A DNA stretch of 48,777 bases. It comes from Candidatus Bathyarchaeia archaeon (lineage in GTDB: Archaea; Thermoproteota; Bathyarchaeia; Bathyarchaeales; Bathycorpusculaceae). The translations under genes were made by a program, and so were the position numbers. The DNA lies in the NCBI GenBank assembly GCA_049970895.1, contig JBMFMB010000012.1, positions 1 through 48,777 of the forward strand. Direction: 5' to 3'. Every line of letters starts with the position of its first letter. Position 1 is the stretch's first letter. The notes beneath the pieces are model-generated. The model was not told where the DNA came from. It saw only the letters and a list, made by a program, of their open reading frames with translations, and did no database searches. Positions 40,436-48,777 of the stretch are shown here, piece by piece.

Positions 40436-41817
40436 TTTGCTCCTCCCATCAAAACTCTTGTTCTTAGACTTGCCCCTCCCATGCCAACATAGTTTACCTG
40501 CTCTTTACCACATAAGCCCACACGCATTATGAAGTCTTTTCCAACGGCGTCCACATTTTTCAGAACTTCGAAGGCGTTTCCGCTTATTGTAACTCCGCGC
40601 ATGGATTCAGCGAATTCGCCATTCTTTATTTTTATGGCTTCTTGTGTACCAAACATAAATTCGCCGTTGAAGTCAGCTTGGCCTCCAAGTCCACCCTTTA
40701 GGAAGAAGCCCTCCTTTATGTCTTCTGCAAGCTCTTCCAGCGTGTAGTCTCCAGCCTCAATGTAGGTGTTTCTCATTCTTATTATTGGGTCAAATTCGAA
40801 GTTCCATGCCCTAGCGTTTCCTGTGGGGTTAACGCCGAAGTGTTGGGCTGTTTCGCGGGAGTGTAAGAAGCCTTTGCAGATCCCTTTCTCAATTATAACC
40901 GTCTTTTGTGTTGGAACCCCCTCATCGTCATATTTCATTGTTCCAAAACCATTTGGAAAAAATCCATCGTCAACGAGGGTTACTTTTTCGGAAGCCACTT
41001 TCCCGCCAATTTTGTTGGCTAAGAAGCTTCCGCCGAAAACGAGATCTGCCTCAGCACAGTGTCCGACAGCCTCATGTGCCAGTAATCCTACAATGCGGTT
41101 TTCAAGGATTACTTGATGGTATCCTGCTGGCGCCACTTTTGCCGAAACAAGTTTGCTCGCCCTTTCAGCAGCCGTTAAACCAGCATTCATTAGGGGTGTC
41201 TTCTCTAAGACCTCAAGGCCGGATTGTCCGCCTATGCTCTCATAGGCGGAGGCAATGTTTCCATTTTCTCTTGCAACAACTGTGACACTTCCGAAGCACC
41301 GTACTATTCTCTGGTGGATTTCAGAGCCTTCAGAGCTTATGAAGACTAAGTCATCGTCAACGATGTTGAAGGTTACCGTGTCCGAGACTATTGTTTTTGA
41401 GAAGCCCCTAACGGCTTTGTCAACGTCTATGACTAGGCTGACGAGCTCCTCTTTCCCCGCCTTTCTTGGGTCCTCCTTCATTGGAGTTTCATACTTATCC
41501 ACATGTGGTTTAAGACTTGCCAGCTTCACGACGCGCTTCTTTTTGGGCTTTGAGGACTTGGCAAGGGAAGACGCATCCTTCAACATTTCGTCAACTTTTT
41601 CAAGCGTTGTTGTGGAGGCGAAGCCCCAGCTTCCATCTATAAGAACTCTTGCACATACACCTTCTACGGTCCCACTGTTTAACGTGTCGATTTTTCCATC
41701 CTTAACGGAAACGTTGAAGGTTTGCCTTTTGTGGTAGCGTAATTCAACATAGCCTTCTAGGCGTTTTGGGAGGCTTTCCTTCAAAACCTCCACAGCCACA
41801 ATTTTCACCAACAGCAT
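40432..41817 (-). CDS. tldD: TldD family metalloprotease
   Basis: HEAVGH, DDEGVP, TGNARA, RMRNT and C-terminal CGK. Confidence 0.93.
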   Translation of the reverse strand: MLLVKIVAVEVLKESLPKRLEGYVELRYHKRQTFNVSVKDGKIDTLNSGTVEGVCARVLIDGSWGFASTTTLEKVDEMLKDASSLAKSSKPKKKRVVKLASLKPHVDKYETPMKEDPRKAGKEELVSLVIDVDKAVRGFSKTIVSDTVTFNIVDDDLVFISSEGSEIHQRIVRCFGSVTVVARENGNIASAYESIGGQSGLEVLEKTPLMNAGLTAAERASKLVSAKVAPAGYHQVILENRIVGLLAHEAVGHCAEADLVFGGSFLANKIGGKVASEKVTLVDDGFFPNGFGTMKYDDEGVPTQKTVIIEKGICKGFLHSRETAQHFGVNPTGNARAWNFEFDPIIRMRNTYIEAGDYTLEELAEDIKEGFFLKGGLGGQADFNGEFMFGTQEAIKIKNGEFAESMRGVTISGNAFEVLKNVDAVGKDFIMRVGLCGKEQVNYVGMGGASLRTRVLMGGAK

Positions 41818-41860
41818 AGTTCATAGACTCTGGAATAAAAAATTTGGCATTAAAACTTAG

Positions 41861-42106
41861 TTAATTTTCACTTGCTGATGCTTCCTTGATTTCGCTTAAC
41901 TTGGCTTTTATGAAAATCTTCCTTATTCCAAGGTAGACGACGAAGCAGCCAAATATTGTTGCTCCAATTAGGAGAGATGACATGGCAAGTAGAATAAACT
42001 GCTTTTTTAGGGCGTCATCAAAGACCTGGAGGGATAAGTATGAGAAGTAGAAGGTCAGGAAAAGGCAGACTGAAGCAGCAATAACTATTGCAGACTCCGC
42101 CCTCAA
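41861..42106 (-). CDS. Small two-TM membrane protein
   Basis: Two hydrophobic helices; co-oriented upstream of tldD. Confidence 0.65.
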   Translation of the reverse strand: MRAESAIVIAASVCLFLTFYFSYLSLQVFDDALKKQFILLAMSSLLIGATIFGCFVVYLGIRKIFIKAKLSEIKEASASEN

Positions 42107-42389
42107 TTATGGTGCACCATGCCCACTTCGTGCTAAAATGGGTTAAGTTCAAAAAGGCTTTATGAATCAAAAATTCAAATAGAAACTAAACAGCGGCCTA
42201 AATGTGGCTGGCATCATGTTCTAGTGGTGGGTGGCTTGGGGGGATGCTATTCAAGTCTTTTGCCAGAACAGGTAGATTTTTGTTTGTGTTAGGAAGCTTA
42301 GCCTTTTCAGTATTTTTGCTAGCTCCTCATCATTTAACCTTCTATTTTTCCAGAAATCTGCGTGGTTTGGGTGGCTTTGCTTGCTGATA

Positions 42390-43082
42390 ACATTCTCTTT
42401 TCAGGGATTGCCCCTTTTTATGAAAGTTCTATGAGGATTTTTACGATTTCCTTTTTGCCAATCTTTTTAGCCTTTCCATAGTTTGTTTCTGGTCTAGGAG
42501 TGCGTATGGCTTAAAGCCTAGGGTTTTTAAGCTTTTCTATGGCTTTTTGTTGGTGCTGGTTTGGTTTGCTTTCTGCTATTTTTCGCATTCCTGCTTTTTC
42601 AAAGGACGGGCTATATTTTGCCATAACAGCCAAAGTCTCCACGTAGGGTTCCAGCCAATGGAAGTTTTTCCCTGACAAGTCTTATGCCCAGGCCTATGGC
42701 CCTATATTTTGGATGGATTATTACGCGGGTTATTGTGCTAATTTCGTTTTGGAATTGTTTGTTTGTGGCTTCCTTTTCAGACTTGGCTTCTGCCGAAAAT
42801 TGTTGGTGGTTGGGTGGCTGCAGACAATTACTCCGCATGTTTCTTCTCCGCGTTTCATGGTGAATATTTTTCTTTGGGGTGGTAGGTGGCTTGAGCGGTA
42901 GTGGAATTGGCTTAAAACCTTGCAGTCAGTTGTTGTGCCCCTTTCTATGTGTATTTTGCGGTTTAGGCTGCATTCCTTTGCAGGCGTGTTTGGGTAGTAT
43001 TGGATTGTTATTTCTTTGCCGAATTTTTGGTCGTATCTTCGTTTTATACTTGGATTTGTAAGATTTCCTTTTATCTTTTCAT
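42390..43082 (-). pseudogene. GNAT-type acetyltransferase remnant of a probable viral ABC-ATPase/GNAT fusion
   Basis: Across frames: FGKEITIQYYPNTPAKECSL, LSQFHYRS, GVIV, ITRVIIHPKYRAIGLG (GNAT motif A), PYVETLAVMAKY..FEKAGM. Confidence 0.6.
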
Positions 43083-43089
43083 TTTGTTA

Positions 43090-43256
43090 CTATCCATAGG
43101 TTTGGCGGTTGTGGTATTGTTTTTGCTGCGTACGCCGCCAGTGCGAGGCTCCAGAAGCGGTTTTCTTTTGTGCTTCTGGGCGGGTTAGGCGTATTTTGCC
43201 TTCCTTTGTTAGTTGGTAGCGTTCTGTGTTTAGTTCCGCGATAAGTTCTGCGCGCG
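43090..43256 (-). pseudogene. C-terminal remnant of a terminase large subunit (tentative)
   Basis: ELIAELNTERYQLTKEGKIRLTRPE / TKENRFWSLALAAYAA resembles the HDD..(W)ALALA end of TerL nuclease domains, with the acidic motif eroded. Confidence 0.5.
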
Positions 43257-43452
43257 CAAAAAATTTAAAAATAAAGCATGAAGAAGGTGCTCTATCGTTT
43301 ATCTATGAAAATAAGATTGAAACCATTGATATGGAACAACACGGAAAGATAATTACGAGACGAAATAGATTCACCGGAAAGACTACCACATTAAAAATAG
43401 GTAAGTGCAGGCAAGAACTTATTGAACTTCACTAAACTACGGTGTCCGCGAA

Positions 43453-43472
43453 ATGGCAACGTCCAACCGAAA
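43453..43472 (-). repeat. Degenerate third copy of the dyad site
   Basis: The reverse complement tttcggttggacgttgccat matches 34332-34351 at 15/20, three differences being A/G transitions. Confidence 0.35.
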
Positions 43473-43614
43473 CTGAAATGTTGGGAAAGTTGATAGAATA
43501 AGCAAGGAACAAAATTTAGTAATCTTTGATTTCCATATTAAAGAACTATCAAGAGTTCAAACATAATATAGCAATGTTTTCCACATATTTATATTCTTGT
43601 ATATGTGGTAACAC

Positions 43615-43824
43615 TTGGGTGAAGCAACAACCATCAGGGTTTCGAAAAGCACGTTAAAAATGCTGGAGAGACTGCGCAGAAAATTGGGAACACAAACCCT
43701 GGACGAAACCATAAAACTTTTTATTACGCAACAACGCAAACAAAGGCTCACCGAAGTTTTCGGAATAGACAAGGGAAAAATAAAGCCATTCAGAGAGGAA
43801 GACCGCGGTGAAGACCGTAATTGA
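43615..43824 (+). CDS. vapB: VapB-type antitoxin (RHH-like)
   Basis: TTIRVSKSTL...TLDETI...FREEDR; overlaps the PIN gene. Confidence 0.8.
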   Translation: MGEATTIRVSKSTLKMLERLRRKLGTQTLDETIKLFITQQRKQRLTEVFGIDKGKIKPFREEDRGEDRN

Positions 43825-44223
43825 TACTTACGCTTGGATTGAAATTTTCATAGGAAGCCCTCAAGGCGAAAAAGCAAAGGAAATCCTTCAAAAAACCGAA
43901 GAAGCCTACACACCCGACATAGTCCTAGCTAAAATAGCCCGCAAATACATACGCGAAGGCGCAAAAGAACAAGCCATAAGCGAACGCCTGAAAACAATAG
44001 AAGAAACCTCAGAAATAGCCTATATAGACAGGAAACAGCCATAGAATCCGCGAAATGCTACATGGAACTATCACAAAAAGCAAAAAAGGAAAAACTTAAA
44101 ATTCCAAGTCTCTTCGACGCCATAATTCTAGCAACAGCAAAAACCCTAAACGCAAAACTCATAATAGGAGACGAACACTTTAAAGGCCTAAGCCAAACCT
44201 TATGGATAGGTGAAATCCCATAA
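43808..44223 (+). pseudogene. vapC: VapC PIN-domain toxin, frameshifted near 44035
   Basis: VIDTYAWIE; a shifted frame continues PSLFDAIILATA...GDEHFKGL; the expected Glu appears as Lys (LAKI). Confidence 0.85.
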
Positions 44224-44224
44224 A

Positions 44225-44410
44225 CCACCACTAAGTATACGATCTAAACCAGAGGCATTAAAGCTTTCAACAATTCGCCTCAAAAGACTTTCAAGGCTAT
44301 CCAAGGTTTAGGCTTCTCCTCCGCAGATTCTTCTCAAACATCACTCATGTTAACAGCTAAATCCACCCTCCCCTCGGGTTTGAGCCTGCGCCAATCCCGC
44401 ATCCGCATAA
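44225..44410 (-). pseudogene. Collapsed remnants of a small gene plus a nucleotidyltransferase-like N-terminus
   Basis: MRDWRRLKPEGRVDLAVNMSDV* followed by LESLLRRIVESFNASGLD...SGG. Confidence 0.35.
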
Positions 44411-44505
44411 CAAAACCACACATAGAATAGGCTGTATCATTTAATAAGCATAAAACCCTTAAACAAGTTCACCACCAAAAAGAGGCATAAGAGGCGGAAA
44501 AAGCC

Positions 44506-45184
44506 TTGAAAAGCCATAACAAGTTTGAGGGCATAATCGTCCCGCATATTACGCCTTTCACGAAGAAGGGCGAAATAGACTTTGAGGCTTTACGCGTGTG
44601 CGCCCGCTTCTGGATTGAAAATGGTGTGGATGTTGTGGTTACGCCATACTATTTTAAGGTTTCAAACCGCGAATTAACAGCCCACTACAAAGCCGTCCTG
44701 GAGGCTGTTGATTTGCCAATAATCCTATACAGCGTCCCAAGTTCACAGGCTACACATTAGAACCAGCCGTCATTGCGGAACTAGCCAGCCAATACTCGCA
44801 TGTGATGGGCGTGAAAGACAGCGGAAACATCGCAACAATAACAGAAACCATACGCTTAGTGGGCGAAAAAATAGTCGTCCTGGCTGGAACAGCCGACGTG
44901 GTGCTCCCAACCCTAATGCTGGGCGGAAAAGGCGCAGTAATAGCTGTAGCCAACCCCTTCCCAAGGCTGTGCGCAAACCTGTACAAAGCCTTCAAAAACG
45001 GCGAATATCAGAAGGCGACGGCACTGCAAAGGGCAATAAACCACATAAATGAGGTGCTGGTTAAACGTTTCAACCAGCTTTCAGCTAAAAAGAAGCCATG
45101 CGAATGTTAGGCTTGCCAGCAGGTTACCCCCGCATGCCAGCCCTACCCCTAGAAGAAACAGCAAGAAAGGATGTGGAAAAGCTA
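44506..45184 (+). pseudogene. DapA/DHDPS-family aldolase remnant
   Basis: GIIVPHITPF, TPYYF, PIILY and the Schiff-base GVKDS; the GxxGE segment is deleted; frameshifts. Confidence 0.88.
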
Positions 45185-45199
45185 GTGGGCTGGACTGCC

Positions 45200-45370
45200 A
45201 ACTTCAATCTTTAACCTCCTAATTATGGCTTTTATGCCCTCAGCCCCAGAAAGCACAACCGTGCGAAAACTATCAGGCTCAAAATCCTGAGGATTTTGAT
45301 GACCACTGCGAATATAGTTGGCAGACACCTCCCAAGGCAAACCCGGAACACCAGCCTCCAACCACTTTCC
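45200..45370 (-). pseudogene. Fragment resembling a tailed-virus head-morphogenesis protein domain
   Basis: PWEVSANYIRSGHQNPQDFEPDSFRTVVLS..EGIKAII; recognised from memory only. Confidence 0.35.
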
Positions 45371-45464
45371 AGCAAAAGAAAAATACAACAAAGAAAATGA
45401 AAAGTCGAATTGTACCACACAAGAGCCAACACATTGGTCCTAACAAAATTTTCAAAACAGAAGG

Positions 45465-45791
45465 CTAGTCTTTTGGTTTCCACCATATGAGGGGGAAGAA
45501 CCAGAAGAAGGGCCAGACAATCCAATACTCTTCAGCAACATGCGTCCTTATCGTGAAGATTGTGCCGCACTTCTTGCACCTTAATGTTCGCCTCCCCACG
45601 AGTTCTAGGTCTTTTGAGCCGCACTTTGGACATGCGTAATCCTCAACTCCTATGGTTGGCGGTCTCTCGTAATAGATTGATGCTTTCATCCATTTTAGGA
45701 AGGATATTATGGTGAAGGCGAAGACTAGGAGGAAGAGTACTAGTACTAGTATTATGATGATGCTTGTGATGAGCGTGACGTCGAAGGTCAT
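45465..45791 (-). CDS. Membrane protein with a zinc ribbon and Trp/Pro-rich tail
   Basis: N-terminal TM, CPKC...CKKC, WIVWPFFWFFPLIWW. Confidence 0.75.
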   Translation of the reverse strand: MTFDVTLITSIIIILVLVLFLLVFAFTIISFLKWMKASIYYERPPTIGVEDYACPKCGSKDLELVGRRTLRCKKCGTIFTIRTHVAEEYWIVWPFFWFFPLIWWKPKD

Positions 45792-45797
45792 TTTGGG

Positions 45798-46043
45798 CTA
45801 GACCACCCATGTTATTGTTTCTTCTCTCCGCCTTTGTTTTCGCCTGAGCCATGCCCTTATGAATTCCTCTATCTCTCGCTTATTATATGGGTCTTGCCAA
45901 GCACTTTCCAGGGCTTGACACTCGTTTAAAGCGCCGACAAGCCCAAAATAGGCTAGAAGCTCATGGTAAAGCTGTTCCCGTTCAATATCGCTTAGCAAAA
46001 CCTGCATCGCATTGAGGATGGCATCCAACACAGCCCTGCTCAT
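45798..46043 (-). CDS. Small helical hypothetical protein
   Basis: Intact 81 aa, GAGG/GGAG upstream, tight operon spacing. Confidence 0.7.
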   Translation of the reverse strand: MSRAVLDAILNAMQVLLSDIEREQLYHELLAYFGLVGALNECQALESAWQDPYNKREIEEFIRAWLRRKQRRREETITWVV

Positions 46044-46079
46044 CGTCTCCTCTAATTCTCCTTAATGTTCCACACTCTC

Positions 46080-46907
46080 TTATAAGGTTGTTAACTCTTT
46101 TCGGATAATGTCCTCCACAAAAGCCTTCACTAGCATGTTTACGTTTTTGAAGATGTCTTCTGAAAATTTTCGGAACATTTCGCCTATTATCTTCTGTATC
46201 GCCGACTTGTAGTTTTCTGGCAGGTGGCCTATTCTTTCTTTCAGGCACTTCCTAATTTCATAGCTGAACCTCGAATCTTCAAGCAGTGGTATGGCGCAGG
46301 AGACATCCCGAATAGTCATTGTGAGGTAGATTATTCTGGCTAAGGAGTTTGATTTTGCCATATCCCATGCTTGTAGCTCCTCAGCTGTGGGTTTTAGCAT
46401 GTATTTGGCGTAGGCCGCCTGATCCTCTATGAATCCGCCTTCAACAAGAAATTTTGTTACGCTGTACTCTTTTGCGGCCATGGCAGCCCCGTAGAGAATT
46501 TCTGTTGCAAAGTTTTCGGGCAGACCATAATCGTATATGGCTTGCTTTAGCTCTTCTGGAAACTTGATTTTGTAGAATTCTGGTGAGCCGTGAAGGATGG
46601 AGTGGGCTGCTTGACGTCTAATACCAGCCTCAACAATGTTGAATGGAATGCACGATATTCTATCCAAATAGATGTTTATTGTTGGTTTTCCTTGCAGAGC
46701 GTCGTGGGAGGCGAAAAATCCTTGGCCGCCTGAAGTTTCAAAGATGTTTAGGTTCACCGAATAAGTCATGGGTGGGCCTAGCCTCTCATAACACTCAACA
46801 AGGGTGTTCATCAGCCTCTTCACTAATTCTCCATTGACATTTCCAAAGGTCTGAAGCTTCACAATACTTGCAACGCTTCTGGCTGACAATTTTCTTCGCT
46901 CTTCCAT
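46080..46907 (-). CDS. Hypothetical protein with a degenerate zincin-like motif
   Basis: FFASHDA...IRRQAAHSILHG; start uncertain because the frame is open upstream. Confidence 0.65.
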   Translation of the reverse strand: MEERRKLSARSVASIVKLQTFGNVNGELVKRLMNTLVECYERLGPPMTYSVNLNIFETSGGQGFFASHDALQGKPTINIYLDRISCIPFNIVEAGIRRQAAHSILHGSPEFYKIKFPEELKQAIYDYGLPENFATEILYGAAMAAKEYSVTKFLVEGGFIEDQAAYAKYMLKPTAEELQAWDMAKSNSLARIIYLTMTIRDVSCAIPLLEDSRFSYEIRKCLKERIGHLPENYKSAIQKIIGEMFRKFSEDIFKNVNMLVKAFVEDIIRKELTTL

Positions 46908-47329
46908 CTTTCCAGCCTTTTCCGCTTCTTCTTGGAATTTTTCGTATTGTTGGAGGGCTTTGTCTATTTGGTCTTCTATGAATCCCGCGGCGTTGTAGTA
47001 GGGTATTCCCATGTCCTTTAGGGCTTTGTTTAGTTTTTCGTATTTTTCCTTTGGGATTTCTATGTATTCGTAGTCGGCGAATTCCCATTTGGGGAAGAAG
47101 CGTATGGCTTGGCGGATGAACTCCCCTTTAGTGGTGCAGCCCCTCCCCATTGGGTTTGGATGAAGCGTTCCATCTCGCTTAGAAGCTCGGGTGGCAGTAT
47201 TACTAACTGGTATAGCATGGCTTCTATGGCGTCCTGGTAGGTTTGCATTTTGCTTGTTTGGGCTACAAGCTCGCCTAGTAGGGCTGTGAGTTTCTGGTGG
47301 ATGTAGTCTGATATGCGTAGTGTTTTCAT
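46908..47329 (-). pseudogene. Multi-RHH-like DNA-binding protein with a frameshift in G runs near 47140-47149
   Basis: MKTLRISDYIHQKL...LPPELL, then a shifted frame TTKGEFIRQAIR...IEIPKEKYEKL. Confidence 0.6.
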
Positions 47330-47410
47330 TTTCGGTTTTCACTTGTTGATATTTTGCGGGGTAAATGTTTCTAATATACTCTAAATATACAGAATATACT
47401 GAAGGCTCAA

Positions 47411-47629
47411 ATGATGCCGAGAAAACGCATAGTGAAAGTTGTCCTAAGCGCCGAGCAAAAGGAAATCTTAGAGGAACTGTCGAAAAGGCTTGGCACAAGT
47501 GAGAGCGAAACACTGAGAATGGCTTTGATGGACTATGCAAAGGAGCTAAGCCCAATGACGGAGCGAGTGCGAAAGCAAACACTAAAAGGGCTAAAATCCG
47601 ATTCGGATTCGGCTCAATCAACAATTTAA
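47411..47629 (+). CDS. CopG/RHH protein
   Basis: RIVKVVLSAEQKEILEELSKRLGTSESETLRMAL. Confidence 0.8.
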   Translation: MMPRKRIVKVVLSAEQKEILEELSKRLGTSESETLRMALMDYAKELSPMTERVRKQTLKGLKSDSDSAQSTI

Positions 47630-47685
47630 AATTGAAACGCCGCACAAATTTTATAACGGGAAACTATTAAACCGTTAATCAACAC

Positions 47686-48066
47686 TTGAAAAGGGACACT
47701 TTGAAAAGGAAGGAGGAACAAAACTTGACCGGTAAAAGCTTCGATGAAGTTCTGCTGGAGGCTGTTGATGAGGCTTTTGCTTCGCTTGGAGATTCAGCTA
47801 AACAGTCGATTTATTATCACCTTGAGGAGAAGTTTAAGATACCCCGAGAGGAAATTCCAAAGCGCATAGAGGATTTTGTGGAAGGTCTTGAGAAAATTTT
47901 TGGCATAGGCGCCCGCTTCCTCGAAATCCTAATAATGAAGAGGCTTTATGATCGCATTGGCAAGCCCCTTGAGTGGGATGAGAGTAAGGAGTTCGTTTTT
48001 GTGAATTATGTTGAGGCTGCGAAGCGGAGCTTTGGGAAGGGAGTTAGGGTTAAACATGAACGTTAA
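47686..48066 (+). CDS. Small DUF3227/NitrOD5-like protein (paralog 2)
   Basis: LLEAVDEAFASLGDSAKQSIYYHLE...LEKIFGIGA..LE..I.K.LY. Confidence 0.75.
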   Translation: MKRDTLKRKEEQNLTGKSFDEVLLEAVDEAFASLGDSAKQSIYYHLEEKFKIPREEIPKRIEDFVEGLEKIFGIGARFLEILIMKRLYDRIGKPLEWDESKEFVFVNYVEAAKRSFGKGVRVKHER

Positions 48067-48164
48067 GGGTTGTTATTGATTTTGGATTCATAAGGATTTT
48101 AATTTTGTTTTGGGAAAAGGTTTAATGCATCTTAAGATTTAATATACTGCTAAGGCGAACAGAA

Positions 48165-48482
48165 GTGCCCCCAAAAGACTTCCAAAAAACATTCCTAGAA
48201 GCCGTTGAAGATGGACTATCAACCCTCGGCGACTCGCCAAAACAAGCCATTCTATTTCACCTAGAAAAAACTTTCAAGATAAAACGGGAAGAAATCCCAC
48301 AGAACCTAACAGAGTTCCAGAAAGCCCTAGAAAAAATCTTCAGACCAGGAGCACCATACCTTGAAAAGCAAATATTAAAAAAGCTTTATGACAAGTTTCA
48401 TCTCCTCAAATTCGAGATGAAAAAACAACAGCCAAACCTAATAATGTGTGGAAAGCCTCAGAAAGCGCATTTTTTCGGGTGA
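48165..48482 (+). CDS. Small DUF3227/NitrOD5-like protein (paralog 3)
   Basis: FLEAVEDGLSTLGDSPKQAILFHLE...LEKIFRPGA.YLE..I.KKLY. Confidence 0.72.
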   Translation: MPPKDFQKTFLEAVEDGLSTLGDSPKQAILFHLEKTFKIKREEIPQNLTEFQKALEKIFRPGAPYLEKQILKKLYDKFHLLKFEMKKQQPNLIMCGKPQKAHFFG

Positions 48483-48492
48483 TGCCTAAGAC

Positions 48493-48777
48493 ATGGAAAG
48501 AAGTGAAGATTTAACCCATGTTTTGGAAATGCTCCACGCCTTATTTGACGGTTTAGGAGACCTTGTTTATGTGGCTGACCCTGAAACATACGAGATATTT
48601 TTCGCCAACGACAAGTTTAAAGAAGTGCTCGGCGGCGAGGTTGTTGGCAGAAAATGTTATGAGGTTATTCACGGCACAAAAAGTCCATGCAGCTTCTGCA
48701 CCAACAAGTACATTTTTGGAGAAAACATAGGAAAAACCCACGTGTGGGAGTACTACTGCAAGAAAAGGAATAGTTGG
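48493..48777 (+). CDS. PAS-domain sensor protein, N-terminus (runs off the window; absent from the ORF track)
   Basis: MERSEDL...LFDGLGDLVYVADPETYEIFFAN...VGRKCYEVIHGTKSPCSFC, open to the end. Confidence 0.8.
   Translation, partial: MERSEDLTHVLEMLHALFDGLGDLVYVADPETYEIFFANDKFKEVLGGEVVGRKCYEVIHGTKSPCSFCTNKYIFGENIGKTHVWEYYCKKRNSW

Noticed and set aside
707-41737. Numerous short ORFs overlapping long genes in antisense or alternate frames
   Set aside because: Shadows of well-supported genes; no motifs or independent start signals.
43226-43435. 69-aa AT-rich ORF (also 33621-33845)
   Set aside because: Probably gene fragments; no recognisable motif or credible start.
46080-47645. 521-aa ORF as one protein
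   Set aside because: Its first ~170 codons are antisense to the CopG gene or out of frame with the RHH gene at 47329; only the downstream part looks coding.
1-48777. CRISPR array, rRNA or intact transposase
   Set aside because: No regularly spaced repeats, rRNA-like sequence or DDE/HUH transposase ORF seen by eye.

Overview
Archaeal chromosomal window, most consistent with Bathyarchaeia/TACK (inferred from class I LysRS, a CdvB/ESCRT-III protein, two-subunit aconitase X and the UPF0147/UPF0148 pair). Intact housekeeping blocks are HtrA, two different K+-independent membrane pyrophosphatases, TupABC, lysS, tmk, an HD hydrolase, AcnX/PMDh, TldD/PmbA, and tRNA-Glu, -Arg and -Ile. These alternate with heavily decayed accessory DNA. 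A ~10.3 kb island lies between tRNA-Glu (24751-24825) and a 22-bp copy of its 3' end (35149-35170). It carries two tyrosine-integrase relics, a RelBE module, a PAS/GAF two-component system and a P3A H+-ATPase. It also carries a collapsed, diverged copy of the 9.8-12.2 kb module (16-bp dyad site, Lys/Glu-rich microprotein, hppA2). Homology between the two copies starts at that site, and a degenerate third copy sits beside a VapBC module, suggesting a recombinase-site-bounded cassette system. The right end holds tailed-virus relics, an uncharacterised operon, and small DUF3227-like genes in front of a PAS protein. All family calls come from motif recognition by eye; no searches were run.
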